From positions 1 through 64,000 of IMG/VR virus record IMGVR_UViG_3300033487_000003: 64,000 nt of DNA, one strand, 5' to 3'. Positions 1-9,589 of this stretch are shown here, piece after piece (the stretch's first letter is position 1; every line of letters starts with the position of its first letter). Made by a program: the position numbers and the translations under genes. The stretch comes from a virus (taxonomy: Duplodnaviria > Caudoviricetes). The notes under the pieces are model-generated. The model did no database searches. It saw nothing but the letters and a program-made list of their open reading frames with translations, and had not been told where the DNA came from.

Positions 1-135
1 TAGGGCACTGAAGGTATGCCATGATCAGGGCATTATCGTCTATCGAGGTATCCGGCGGGAGTAGCCATGGCCATCACAGCCCAGAGTGGTACGGCGTCGA
101 ACTACATGACGCTCACACATCGAGGGGACCCCACC

Positions 136-327
136 ATGCCGAGCCGAGCACACACCGTAGCTGTCATCTTGGGTGTCCTCGCTATCGTCCTGGTGGTGGG
201 ATCTGCTATCGCTGGGATAGTAGATCTTCGACACCTGGCAGTCGCCATGGTCTCCAGTAGCGCCGTGGTAGCAGCCCTCGCTGGGATGATGGCCGCGTTG
301 GACGTAGCCCGAACACACCGAAAGTAA
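136..327 (+). CDS. small membrane protein (2 hydrophobic helices)
   Basis: GAGGGG SD at 122-127, ATG 136; two hydrophobic stretches; followed by a hairpin. Confidence 0.55.
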   Translation: MPSRAHTVAVILGVLAIVLVVGSAIAGIVDLRHLAVAMVSSSAVVAALAGMMAALDVARTHRK

Positions 328-336
328 CCAAAAGAG

Positions 337-366
337 TGAGCCCCCAGCCTTGACTCTGGGGGCTCA
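337..366 (+). terminator. hairpin TGAGCCCCCAG/CTGGGGGCTCA
   Basis: 11-bp inverted repeat just after the 327 stop. Confidence 0.5.
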
Positions 367-385
367 TCACACCGGGAGCAACGAC

Positions 386-1363
386 ATGACCGCATCTCCT
401 GTCTCACAGCGTAGCGCCATCGAAGGTACGGACGTACGCAACCCGCAGACCTTCGTGAATCCCGTGACCGGGAAACAGATCACCGTAGACGACCCGTACC
501 ATCCGGTACACGCGTTCGACAACGCCGATTCGAACACCCGTACCTACATTCACCCGCGCACGGGTGAGCGTTTCACCTCCGTGACCACCGCTCTCGGGAT
601 CGTCGAAAAGCCTGGTCTGGCGCCCTGGTACGCCAAGCTGGCGACCCTCGACGCCGTCAGCCACCTCGACCAGCTGACCACGGCGGCCCAGAGGGGAAAC
701 GCATCCTGCGGCGATCAGTGGTGTGGGGAGTGCCTCACCTGTCTGATCGCCAGTTTCCGAAAGGCCCCGGAGCGCGAGCGCGACGCGGCGGCCGATCGGG
801 GGACCCGCTTCCATCACATCGCGGAAATCTATGCCCTCACCGGAAAGGTCGTCGGCCACGCCGACGACCTCAAACCCCACGTGGCCCACCTCCTGGATTT
901 CGTGCGGGTCCACCAGGTCACCTTCCAGGCGGCCGAGATCACCGTCCTCCACCGGGTAGACGGATGGGGAGGCACTCTCGACGGCGTCATCACGTGCGGG
1001 TGGATGCCCCCGAAACACCGGGACCTGATCGGTGTTCCGCTGGTGGTGGACTACAAGACGTCGAATCGCATCTTCAAGCAGGCCGGATTGCAGCTGGCCG
1101 CGTACAACAACGCAGAGTGCGCGCTCCTCGACGATGGCAGCGAGCATCCGTTGCCGCCGTCGCACCCCGACGTCGCCCTGTCGCTTCAGATCAACGCGTC
1201 CGGGTGGTGGGTACGGCCCTGTCCGACCACCAAGCAGGCGTACGACAAGTTCCGCCGTGTACTGGAGATCTGGCGGGATCTGAACGAGCCAGACCTGGAC
1301 CTGGTCGAGCGGGCCATGTACAAGCCCAGTGCGAAGACCACCACCACCACGACGGACGCGTGA
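386..1363 (+). CDS. PD-(D/E)XK phage exonuclease (RecB/Cas4/YqaJ-like)
   Basis: SVTT..G motif, AADRGTRFH, GTLDG, VVDYKTS and LQLAAY motifs; GGGAG SD before ATG 386. Confidence 0.8.
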   Translation: MTASPVSQRSAIEGTDVRNPQTFVNPVTGKQITVDDPYHPVHAFDNADSNTRTYIHPRTGERFTSVTTALGIVEKPGLAPWYAKLATLDAVSHLDQLTTAAQRGNASCGDQWCGECLTCLIASFRKAPERERDAAADRGTRFHHIAEIYALTGKVVGHADDLKPHVAHLLDFVRVHQVTFQAAEITVLHRVDGWGGTLDGVITCGWMPPKHRDLIGVPLVVDYKTSNRIFKQAGLQLAAYNNAECALLDDGSEHPLPPSHPDVALSLQINASGWWVRPCPTTKQAYDKFRRVLEIWRDLNEPDLDLVERAMYKPSAKTTTTTTDA

Positions 1364-1374
1364 GGAGACCCAAG

Positions 1375-2514
1375 ATGCCGATCATCAACTTGCAGCGACG
1401 GTTACAGCGCGCCGGAGCGATTCGTCTGGGAAATCAACTCGTCAAGAAGGACAGTTCGGGACGTCCGGTACTGGACCACAAGGGGTATCCGGTCATGTAC
1501 CCGAACAAACTCGACACGTTTCGGGTGACCTCCCCGCATCGCGAGATCGCCGATGCGGTCGCCGAGCGTTTCGGCGGACAGGTCCTGTCCTGGCGGGGGC
1601 CGAAAGGTCCCGAGTGGGAGGTCATCACCACGTGTACCGAATTACCTGTATTCGTACCTAAGCAGATTATTGATCCAAATTACGAGTTTTGGGGTAACAA
1701 GATCAAGGTTCGGTTCTGTGACGGAGCTGTCGAACGGATCCGGGGGGTGCCCTGCTTGTGTCAGCGGTGGGACAACCACAAACACCGGTACAACCGGGGA
1801 CGCTGTCAGTTCTGTGGCCTCGATCAGAGGTGGAAGGGCGACCCCCACACCCACGAATTCGACCAGGGCGAATGCGTGATCTGCGGGTGTGGGCGACTGT
1901 GCAAGCCGACTACCCGCGTGAACGTCCTGATCCAGGGCATCCCCGGCCTCGGGGATTTCAAGATCGAATCGCACGGCTTCAATGCGGCTGTCGAGTTACC
2001 CACCCTCTCCGAAATGATCTCTACTGCCCCGATGCCCCTACCGGCCGTGCTGGGTATGCGATTTGAAGAGCGCAGCCACATGACCAAGCAGGGGGAGATA
2101 GCGACCCGGAAGTTCTACGTACCAGAACTGCGGTTCCCGTGGGCGACCCCAGAGTTGATGTTCGCCGATTCGAGGCAACTGGAACACGCGGCCCGTCGGT
2201 CCCTGCCATCCCCGGTGGTACTCCAGGCGATCGCCGCCACACCCGAATCCCTCGACCAGGCGGACGAGGCGGACGAGGCAGCGCAGTTGACCCGGGAGGA
2301 CGTTCTACAGCTGATCATCACAGCTTCGAATGTCGATACGATCCGGGGATTGTGGACAGATGCCGGCAAGGCCGGTTGTCTCGATGGTCCGATGCGACGA
2401 CTGCTAGCTGATCGAGCCAAGGAGCTGGTGCTCCTGGAGGATGAGGGAAAAGAGGCGAGTCCTTGCCCACGGGACGATGGGGACGATGTCCTCGACGCTG
2501 AGATCGTCGGGTAA
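1375..2514 (+). CDS. Gp3-like (recombination-directionality-factor-like) putative recombination/annealing protein
   Basis: MPIINLQRRL..AGAIRLG, KLDTFRVTS, CKPTTRVNV, ESHGFNAA.EL pattern; directly downstream of the exonuclease; GAGGAG SD. Confidence 0.6.
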   Translation: MPIINLQRRLQRAGAIRLGNQLVKKDSSGRPVLDHKGYPVMYPNKLDTFRVTSPHREIADAVAERFGGQVLSWRGPKGPEWEVITTCTELPVFVPKQIIDPNYEFWGNKIKVRFCDGAVERIRGVPCLCQRWDNHKHRYNRGRCQFCGLDQRWKGDPHTHEFDQGECVICGCGRLCKPTTRVNVLIQGIPGLGDFKIESHGFNAAVELPTLSEMISTAPMPLPAVLGMRFEERSHMTKQGEIATRKFYVPELRFPWATPELMFADSRQLEHAARRSLPSPVVLQAIAATPESLDQADEADEAAQLTREDVLQLIITASNVDTIRGLWTDAGKAGCLDGPMRRLLADRAKELVLLEDEGKEASPCPRDDGDDVLDAEIVG

Positions 2515-2611
2515 TGACACGATCGGGACGGGTCGGCCGACCCGTCCCGATCCCGGGAAAGACCCGGAGACGATGCCACGTCCCCGGGAACGACCAGACA
2601 CGGAGCTGATC

Positions 2612-3445
2612 ATGAAGGATCGTAACGAGTACGGAACCCTGCCGCGTATCCCGACCCCGGGAACGCTACGGCTGGAAATCGATGGCAGCCTGGACCAGCT
2701 CAGGCTGTATATGATCGACAATGGCGATTACGTGGTCCTCGCCGAAATCGGTCTCAGGGAAGTCGGATCTCCAGAGAAGATCGACTGGACCTGTCTGAAC
2801 TGGGGTAAGAATGTTGCCACCGATTGTGGCTTCATGGCTCTCGGTCACTGCGAGATCACACCGATTCTGTACGTGCTGGAAGGTCCGGCCTCGACCCGTG
2901 ATCGACTTGTGTTGCTCGATACCGGATCGGGCTATCTGCTCAGCGATCCGACCATCGATCCACCCCGAAAAATGGATCTTGGACCGAAGACTCTTGAGGA
3001 CGCGGACATGGTTCAGGTCGCGGCTCAGCGAGCGAGGGATGAAGGATACAGGCCCATCGGGTACCGCCATACATTTCCGGGATGCTGGGTCCTGGCTGAG
3101 GCACTTCCCTTTCCGTCATCGGATTCCGATGTCGTGAAACTGCTCGCCCGAGACGAGTCCCGGTCGCGCAGTGGTATTGAGATGGCGGCCATCCTCGTGA
3201 CCACCTTCGTTCTCGGAGCGTCGTTCGTAGCTACAGTCGGGGGAGTCTGGTGGGTGTCCTGGGCATCCGCTGTGGTGGCGTTGGTGTCCTTGCTCGTCAT
3301 CAGATCGGGCCGGAGGACGTGGCACTCCTGGTCGTGTGAGATCTGTCAGGGCAATGGGCTGATGTTTACGGCAAGATTCCGATCCGCGCGGGAAGCGCGT
3401 AAGGCGAGGGAAGAGCATATGTGTATTTCTCACGGCCAGTCGTAG
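2612..3445 (+). CDS. hypothetical protein with C-terminal TM helices and CxxC
   Basis: ORF track frame, GGAG before ATG 2612; hydrophobic segments near the C-terminus; terminator follows; start uncertain. Confidence 0.5.
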   Translation: MKDRNEYGTLPRIPTPGTLRLEIDGSLDQLRLYMIDNGDYVVLAEIGLREVGSPEKIDWTCLNWGKNVATDCGFMALGHCEITPILYVLEGPASTRDRLVLLDTGSGYLLSDPTIDPPRKMDLGPKTLEDADMVQVAAQRARDEGYRPIGYRHTFPGCWVLAEALPFPSSDSDVVKLLARDESRSRSGIEMAAILVTTFVLGASFVATVGGVWWVSWASAVVALVSLLVIRSGRRTWHSWSCEICQGNGLMFTARFRSAREARKAREEHMCISHGQS

Positions 3446-3463
3446 GCTGACAGGGGAGAGAGG

Positions 3464-3500
3464 AAGCCGCCCAGTCCGTCACGGACTGGGCGGCTTTTGT
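3464..3500 (+). terminator. intrinsic terminator
   Basis: AAGCCGCCCAGTCCGT/ACGGACTGGGCGGCTT 16-bp stem followed by TTGT. Confidence 0.8.
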
Positions 3501-3521
3501 GTGTCACACATCACAAACTTC

Positions 3522-3570
3522 GGGGGGACGTAGATTTTGCCTACGGGTAGCCCATGGGTAGTATTTGTGA
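3522..3570 (+). promoter_or_regulatory. promoter with half cassette palindrome (CGGGGGGACGTAGATT), TTGCCT and -10 TAGTAT
   Basis: same G-run element as other cassette promoters; TAGTAT at 3559-3564. Confidence 0.55.
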
Positions 3571-3598
3571 TGTCAGAAACACACAGAGAGGTGTCAAA

Positions 3599-4825
3599 GT
3601 GATCAACACCACCGAAACCACCGCAGTGACCTACTACATCGCCAGGAGCGATGTAAACCAGGCCATCGAGCGAGTCGACAAGGCCAACAAGCGCGCAACC
3701 CGCATCGGCCAGCCCGGATACACCTGCCAGTTCACCGAGGCAGCCCCCCTGCCCGTCTACGACGAGGTGTTCGACGGCTCGATCGGCGGTTTCGTCAGCC
3801 GCAGAATCGAGCCCCTGTACTTCATCGAAATGGTCGACTTCACCATCATGGGCCTGGTACCCCGCCTCGGCGACTGGGAGGTCATCGCACTACTCGAAGA
3901 CGACGAGCACGCCGGAGCCGTCTCCCGCCTCTTCCCCGGTGTGACCAACGTCGACCTGACATCTGTCAAGGCCGATTCGATGCAGTGCGACCACTGCCAC
4001 ACCAACCGCTCGCGGATCAAGACCTTTGTCTTGCGCGACAAGGACGACAATCTGATCAAGGTTGGGCGTAACTGCCTTGAGTTGTATACGGGAATCGAGG
4101 TCTCGGGAAACTTCGACGTCAGTGCGATGAAGCTGTCCGACGAGATGGACGAAATCGTCAGCCGCGCCATCGGTACCTGCGACCTGTCAGCCCCCGTTCA
4201 GGAGGTGCTCACCCTGGCAGTCGGAGCTGTCAAGCTTCACGGATGGAGGTCGACGGCAACCGCCCGAGACATGGGCAAAGCCAGCACCGGCGACTACGTA
4301 CGCGGTGCGTACGGCCGCAGTTCGAAGAGTCGCCAGGCATACGACGATCTGACCGAGGCAGCCGACCCGGCGAAGGTCGCGGCCATCATCGACTACCTCG
4401 GCACCCTGGAGGGCGACGGCAGCGAGTACCTCAACAATTTGATCGCCTGTACCCGCGCTCCCTCCGGACTGGTCAGCTGGACGAACATTGGTCTGGTCGC
4501 CTCGGCGGTGGCCAGTTACGACCGGTTCATGGAGCGCCAGGCGCGCGAGGCCGTAGTGACCAAGTCCGAGTGGGTCGGAACGCCCGGTACCCGCGAGAGG
4601 TTCGAAGACGTCAAGATCCTCGACATCCGGCAGCTGGTAGGGGAGTGGTCGAACCCAGACCTCGTCAAGATGGTCACCACCACCGGTGCGGTACTCACCT
4701 GGTTCGCCAGCAAGGGCACCACCTGGAGTGTCGGAGACGTCGTTACGATCACTGTTCGAATCAAGGGCCACAGCATCTACCAGGGCTGCAAGGAGACTCA
4801 GGTGACGCACGTCAAGAAGATGTGA
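3599..4825 (+). CDS. conserved phage hypothetical protein with CxxC Zn site and C-terminal OB-fold-like segment
   Basis: long ORF; CDHC..R..TFVL..KVGRNC; C-terminal SEWVG..VLTWFAS..IKGH..Y.G.KETQV; GAGAGG SD before GTG 3599. Confidence 0.7.
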   Translation: MINTTETTAVTYYIARSDVNQAIERVDKANKRATRIGQPGYTCQFTEAAPLPVYDEVFDGSIGGFVSRRIEPLYFIEMVDFTIMGLVPRLGDWEVIALLEDDEHAGAVSRLFPGVTNVDLTSVKADSMQCDHCHTNRSRIKTFVLRDKDDNLIKVGRNCLELYTGIEVSGNFDVSAMKLSDEMDEIVSRAIGTCDLSAPVQEVLTLAVGAVKLHGWRSTATARDMGKASTGDYVRGAYGRSSKSRQAYDDLTEAADPAKVAAIIDYLGTLEGDGSEYLNNLIACTRAPSGLVSWTNIGLVASAVASYDRFMERQAREAVVTKSEWVGTPGTRERFEDVKILDIRQLVGEWSNPDLVKMVTTTGAVLTWFASKGTTWSVGDVVTITVRIKGHSIYQGCKETQVTHVKKM

Positions 4826-4840
4826 TCTATCATCACGGTC

Positions 4841-4881
4841 GGGGTGTCGCCACCAGGGGGTGTGACACCCCGTTCTTTTTT
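4841..4881 (+). terminator. intrinsic terminator
   Basis: GGGGTGTCGC/GTGACACCCC stem followed by TTCTTTTTT. Confidence 0.75.
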
Positions 4882-5119
4882 GCCCCGCCCTGTCAGGACG
4901 CCGAGACCTCGACAGATGGTTGTCCCCTACCAGGTCAGCAGCACGTTGATTCTGTGGTCTGTCCGGCCAGCTGAGATCTGGATTCGCCTTGATGGGTTCG
5001 AGGTGGTTCGGGAGCGCTCCCAATCAATAGATGATATTCAATTAGTTATCGGAGTGGCAACATTCCGTAAGATCAGCGATCATTGATCACGGATCACCAC
5101 AAGATCACAGGAGCGCACC

Positions 5120-5362
5120 ATGACAACCACAACCCTCCACCGCACCGTCCGCCACCGTCGCGCCATTCAGATCAAACAGCACGTCCCATACGAACACCCC
5201 GACGTACCAGGCGTCTGCCACACCTGTCGCCTGCCCATCCTCACCACCACCGACGGCCGGTACACCAACGAACGACACGTGACCCTAGACCAGCTACTCA
5301 GCCAGATCGTCACCAGTCAGCATGACGTCATGGCACTAGCTGCCGGAGAACGCTACGGATAG
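5120..5362 (+). CDS. small hypothetical protein (CxxC)
   Basis: CAGGAG SD, ATG 5120, ends at a strong hairpin. Confidence 0.55.
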   Translation: MTTTTLHRTVRHRRAIQIKQHVPYEHPDVPGVCHTCRLPILTTTDGRYTNERHVTLDQLLSQIVTSQHDVMALAAGERYG

Positions 5363-5367
5363 ACAAA

Positions 5368-5407
5368 CTGGTCAGGGACGCCACGGTGTCGTGGCGTCCC
5401 TGACCAG
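5368..5407. terminator. bidirectional terminator hairpin
   Basis: 18-bp perfect inverted repeat CTGGTCAGGGACGCCACG between convergent genes. Confidence 0.75.
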
Positions 5408-5446
5408 CCGATACGAAAAATCCTGTCAGACGTCCCGTTCCAGCCG

Positions 5447-5734
5447 TCAGGCCGGTACGGGAAGCAGGGCCACGCCCTGGGCGTGGAGTTCCATTAGCGC
5501 CTGGGCGTACGCCACGCCAGAACCAACCCCGCCCAGAATGACCATGATGCCACCGTCGTGATACTCGGTCCGACTCATCAGATCGTGGACGCGGGACGCA
5601 ACGCCCTGCCGGTACTCGGCGGGAGCTTGCAACATCCAGTTGGCATAGACGCGCTGTCCGTCGCCGCGCTCCCGCCAGTCGAGTAGGTACTCATCGGTGT
5701 ACTGGGATAGGACGACGTCGTGACGTTCGATCAT
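5447..5734 (-). CDS. hypothetical protein, paralogue 1 (MIERHD...ALLPVPA)
   Basis: GGAAGG SD; near-identical termini to the 5797-6072 product. Confidence 0.7.
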   Translation of the reverse strand: MIERHDVVLSQYTDEYLLDWRERGDGQRVYANWMLQAPAEYRQGVASRVHDLMSRTEYHDGGIMVILGGVGSGVAYAQALMELHAQGVALLPVPA

Positions 5735-5796
5735 GGTCGTTCCTTCCGTTGCCGGTGATCGTACGAAAAATCCTGTCAGACGTCCCGTTCCAGCCG

Positions 5797-6072
5797 TCAG
5801 GCCGGTACGGGAAGCAGGGCCACGCCCTGGGCGTGGAGTTCCATTAGCGCCTGGGCGTACGCGTCGTCGAATCCGATTTCGGTAGGTACGCTCGACCAGA
5901 AGCCGATTTGGTGGCTGATTCGATACACGAGCGTGTGGACGCGGATCGCAATACCGTGTCGGTACTCGGCGGGGGCTTGCAGTAGCTGATCGGTATAGCC
6001 GATGCCGCGCTTGCGCTGACTGAGAAGGTACTCATCGGTGTACTCGGGTAGGACGTCGTGACGTTCGATCAT
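5797..6072 (-). CDS. hypothetical protein, paralogue 2
   Basis: same SD and start context as paralogue 1; ATG at 6072. Confidence 0.7.
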   Translation of the reverse strand: MIERHDVLPEYTDEYLLSQRKRGIGYTDQLLQAPAEYRHGIAIRVHTLVYRISHQIGFWSSVPTEIGFDDAYAQALMELHAQGVALLPVPA

Positions 6073-6103
6073 GGTCGTTCCTTCCGTTGCCGGTGATCGA
6101 AGG

Positions 6104-6649
6104 CTAGAGATTGGCGACGTGAGCGAAGTGACGTCGCCACCGATACCAGCCATGTGGCGTTCTGACCAGGGCATATTCTCCCCTTCCATCATCAGATCTG
6201 AATATCACGTCGAGTATTCTTACCTGAATGTGCCCATCCGGAAGTCCAGAGGCGTACATCAGATCATCGACTCGCAGCTCCGCCGTCTGGACCACGGCGA
6301 AGCAACCGACCCCAGGTAGCGGAGTCAGCTCACCCAGAATCTCCGCCTGGTCTGGTTCGCGGACCGACCGAGTGTCGATCCTCCACCAGCCCTCCCATGG
6401 TCCGGCTGAGAGTAGGACGTAAGTCCTGGTAGGCGATGCGACCACGACATCACATATGCGGAACGTTTCAGGATCTACCAGGTGTTCCGGTGTCTTGGGC
6501 AGGTCAAACAGCTCCGTTACGAGATCATATCCAGGGACTAGACATGCAAGATCGAAATCATGTGGGGCGTGAAGTCCGAGCACCCCACGAATCACGGTCG
6601 GCGCGGGAAGACGGGTGTCGTACACCCGAGTCACGGTGTCAGATATCAT
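6104..6649 (-). CDS. hypothetical protein (leaderless)
   Basis: -10 TAGAAT + 6 nt + ATG on the minus strand. Confidence 0.65.
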   Translation of the reverse strand: MISDTVTRVYDTRLPAPTVIRGVLGLHAPHDFDLACLVPGYDLVTELFDLPKTPEHLVDPETFRICDVVVASPTRTYVLLSAGPWEGWWRIDTRSVREPDQAEILGELTPLPGVGCFAVVQTAELRVDDLMYASGLPDGHIQVRILDVIFRSDDGRGEYALVRTPHGWYRWRRHFAHVANL

Positions 6650-6708
6650 ACACACATTCTACTCCCCCCCGTCACACATCACCAACGGGGAAGGGTAGAA
6701 TCATGAGC
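6650..6708. promoter_or_regulatory. divergent pair of leaderless promoters sharing a CCCCG...CGGGG palindrome
   Basis: TAGAAT on both strands, 6-7 nt before the ATGs at 6649 (-) and 6709 (+). Confidence 0.7.
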
Positions 6709-7029
6709 ATGACCGCAGTAGCCCGCCTACTAGCCGAAACCACCGGACTCCGATACCGCATGCTCACCATGTGCGCACCATCCGCCATAGCATGCCCCCG
6801 CTGTGGCGCCGAACCCGGACACGAATGCATGTCCAACACCGGACACCGACCACTGTCCTACCACGCCCCACGGCGCAGACTCATAGCGGCAATGCAGGAC
6901 GACGACGCACTAAAACTACTACTCGGCGTATACGAGAATCTCGCCATACAGATCTCCGGAGAATCCGTCTGGGCGATGCGGGCAGAGATCCTCCGTCAAC
7001 TCCTCACCACCATAGAAGACGACAGATGA
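6709..7029 (+). CDS. zinc-finger protein (CPRCGAEPGHEC...H)
   Basis: CxxC...C...H motif; leaderless start. Confidence 0.65.
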   Translation: MTAVARLLAETTGLRYRMLTMCAPSAIACPRCGAEPGHECMSNTGHRPLSYHAPRRRLIAAMQDDDALKLLLGVYENLAIQISGESVWAMRAEILRQLLTTIEDDR

Positions 7030-7316
7030 GCCAAAGAGGAATCGTGATCACCAAGCCACTAATCAACTCCCACTGGATCGACGCCAGAAAAACAGACGTC
7101 CCAGCAACCGCCCTGGACAAGGCAGCTGGCGACGGCCCATACCGCCGAATCGTCAAAGTAGTTGGATGCGCGAACGGACGCTCCGTCTGCGTGGACGGCA
7201 TGTGGCAGGAACAACGCGAAGGAGAGTGGAAAACGCTGACCAAGCGAACCACGTATTGCGATATCAAATCGTTCTGGCGGAAATACCAAGAACTCGACGA
7301 TAAGGAAAGCGCATGA
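7026..7316 (+). CDS. hypothetical protein
   Basis: ATGA start/stop overlap with both neighbours. Confidence 0.6.
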   Translation: MSQRGIVITKPLINSHWIDARKTDVPATALDKAAGDGPYRRIVKVVGCANGRSVCVDGMWQEQREGEWKTLTKRTTYCDIKSFWRKYQELDDKESA

Positions 7317-7759
7317 GACGCCGCGACCCACAAGCCAACACCGGGTGCATCAACTGGCCCACCAACACATGCCAGAACACCGGAGAAGGCGGCATGTGGG
7401 CCTACGCCATCGTCGCACCAACCGAAGATTGGGAAGACAACTTCGTCCACTGCTACGGACCAACCACCACAATCAACCTACCCATGCCCGACGTCGTAAC
7501 CAACGACTCCGGTGAAATCTACGAAAACCTCCCAGAACCAGACGACACCTACCCCCACGCCTGGTGCCACGTCGGAAAACCCGTCCTCGCCGCCATATGT
7601 CTAGGCACCTCCGGAGGCTCCTGGCACGACGAAAGGACAGGGGATTACTGGGCCTGTACCCAAGATGACCTGACCGACGCCGGACGCGCCCTGATCGACG
7701 GACTAAGCGCCCTATACGGCAACGTGACCGTACACATCACCACATACCTCGACACCTGA
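7313..7759 (+). CDS. hypothetical protein
   Basis: coupled ATGA overlap; ends in a TYLDT motif. Confidence 0.65.
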   Translation: MRRRDPQANTGCINWPTNTCQNTGEGGMWAYAIVAPTEDWEDNFVHCYGPTTTINLPMPDVVTNDSGEIYENLPEPDDTYPHAWCHVGKPVLAAICLGTSGGSWHDERTGDYWACTQDDLTDAGRALIDGLSALYGNVTVHITTYLDT

Positions 7760-7770
7760 AGAAATTGACC

Positions 7771-7977
7771 ATGTCCAACCCACTGCCCAGTACATATGAC
7801 CGCTGGACAGGCGACCCCGACACCGACCGGGCCGAACTCATCGCCCAAGCCCGCCTAGCCGCACCCCACACCCCACCACCAAACCGACAAAGCGCCCTCC
7901 CCGGATCAGCCGACGTCGTAATCACCATCACCCTGATCGTGCTGCTGATCGGGATCGTCCTAGCCGCATCGTCCTAA
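7771..7977 (+). CDS. small protein with C-terminal TM helix
   Basis: hydrophobic C-terminus; operon position. Confidence 0.55.
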   Translation: MSNPLPSTYDRWTGDPDTDRAELIAQARLAAPHTPPPNRQSALPGSADVVITITLIVLLIGIVLAASS

Positions 7978-8004
7978 TCCGCGCACATTCCAGGAGGACA
8001 AGCC

Positions 8005-8304
8005 ATGACCACGATCGCCCAAGCCATCACCGAAACCGCCGACCTCCCCAACCCGCAGGCCATCACCCCACTCGTCGCCGCGATCCTCACCCAGACCGCC
8101 AACGACAACGCCTACCGCACAAACGCCCTACTCGACGGATACCAGGCCGACCTCGACACCGCCAGGGCAACCATCGCCGCGATCCGCGACACCATCCGCG
8201 TCCTGTTCGCCGGCCCGTACATGCCCACCCCCAGCGCGGTAATCGCCTGCCTGTACCCAACGACGGAAGAAATCGACCACTACCGCACCAACTCTGGAGA
8301 GTGA
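8005..8304 (+). CDS. hypothetical protein
   Basis: AGGAGG SD. Confidence 0.65.
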   Translation: MTTIAQAITETADLPNPQAITPLVAAILTQTANDNAYRTNALLDGYQADLDTARATIAAIRDTIRVLFAGPYMPTPSAVIACLYPTTEEIDHYRTNSGE

Positions 8305-8705
8305 CCATGCGCGCCGTGAACGGCGACCCCGACTACAAGCCCGCCACAACTCCCGAAGAAATCCAGGAGCCCGCCAACGAATTCGGCTGCCTACCCCAAG
8401 AAGACCCCGCCCACGCCGGCTGGGACCTATCAATGGGCGCCCGTATCAACTACGGACGCGACCCCAACGGCCAGCTCTGTGTTGATCTGCACCTCGGCCC
8501 CGACTACGACGGCAGCGGCATCGTCCGCCGGGCAGTAACCCCCAACCAGCTCGTCCAACACGCCATGCACCTACTACAGGTCGTGCGTGGCGAAATCCTC
8601 CTCGACGGAACCCGGCCCGTGGCTATGGCCATGGCTCGCCACGATATCGACGAAGCGATCGAATACATCCAAATCGCTAAACGCCTCCTCAACCGCCAGC
8701 ATTGA
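8301..8705 (+). CDS. hypothetical protein
   Basis: GTGA overlap with the upstream stop. Confidence 0.6.
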   Translation: MTMRAVNGDPDYKPATTPEEIQEPANEFGCLPQEDPAHAGWDLSMGARINYGRDPNGQLCVDLHLGPDYDGSGIVRRAVTPNQLVQHAMHLLQVVRGEILLDGTRPVAMAMARHDIDEAIEYIQIAKRLLNRQH

Positions 8706-8720
8706 AAGGACCCCAACACC

Positions 8721-9320
8721 ATGACCACCGAACCCGCCACCGACCAGCTCAACACGATCCTCAACGACCTCGCCACCATGCCCCGCGAGGAAGCCCGATC
8801 GAAGCTGTACCGCCAGCTGGATGGACTGCTGAACAACGGCCCGGCATCGGCTCTCATCACCCTCATGGTGGATGCGGTAATCGCACTGGCCGACGAACGC
8901 GGCTCGCACGCGTCGAAGGAGGCCGCCGGCAAGACTCCGGCCGACAAACCGTGTGATCCGATCGTGATCGTCGATTCGGCAACGCTCACGATCAGATGCG
9001 CCGAGACTTCGGGCATCATCGTGCAGACCGGCCCATCATGCCTATGGAGGTCCCTGGCCCGAGCGGTGGCCACACACCGCTGCGTGACGTCAGCACCGAA
9101 AGGGGACCTGGCAGCCGACAAGGCGTGGGCCGCGCTTGACGAGGTGCTCATGCCGATCGTGGCCAGCGAGCTGGCCAGGCAGGCCGTCGACCGGTGCGAC
9201 ACCTGTGGCGACACCGGCGAGATCTACGAGGAGGGGCAGCCCACCGGAGTACACGGGGGTTTCGCGCCCTGTCCGGACTGCCGCACCACGGGAGTGAACC
9301 GTGAGGAAGGGGAAGACTGA
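8721..9320 (+). CDS. hypothetical protein with C-terminal DnaJ-type Zn ribbon (CDTCGDTG...CPDC)
   Basis: AAAGGA SD; CxxCxGxG-like motifs. Confidence 0.65.
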   Translation: MTTEPATDQLNTILNDLATMPREEARSKLYRQLDGLLNNGPASALITLMVDAVIALADERGSHASKEAAGKTPADKPCDPIVIVDSATLTIRCAETSGIIVQTGPSCLWRSLARAVATHRCVTSAPKGDLAADKAWAALDEVLMPIVASELARQAVDRCDTCGDTGEIYEEGQPTGVHGGFAPCPDCRTTGVNREEGED

Positions 9321-9565
9321 TGGCGAGCGATCTTGAGCGTCAGGCGTACCACGGAGAAGTCGCGGCGGAGCGTGTGAAATTGCTTCGCGAGGTGGACGAC
9401 TTGCTCAGATCCGCGCAGGATGCGCGGGATCAGGTCGCTACCGGTGGGACTCTTACCGTTTCGGAGGCGCGTCGGTTGGCAGCTGTTGCGGCTGAGGTGG
9501 TGTCGCTGACTGCGGTGGTTGTGGCGTTGGAGCGGGTGCGGTTCCTGGCGGATGGCGCTAGCTGA
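9320..9565 (+). CDS. hypothetical helical protein
   Basis: TGATG coupling; GAGGAAGGGG upstream. Confidence 0.55.
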   Translation: MASDLERQAYHGEVAAERVKLLREVDDLLRSAQDARDQVATGGTLTVSEARRLAAVAAEVVSLTAVVVALERVRFLADGAS

Positions 9566-9589
9566 CTGACAACCGATGCCAACGTCCTA

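Larger units (their letters stand above)
5412..6099. repeat. tandem duplication, units 5412-5761 and 5762-6099
   Basis: about 100 bp identical at the left end and about 75 bp near-identical at the right end of each unit; central parts divergent. Confidence 0.9.

Noticed and set aside
4844-5086. Short ORFs after the terminator at 4841 (also 14975-15307)
   Set aside because: No SD or promoter signal, they overlap hairpins, and no recognisable motif
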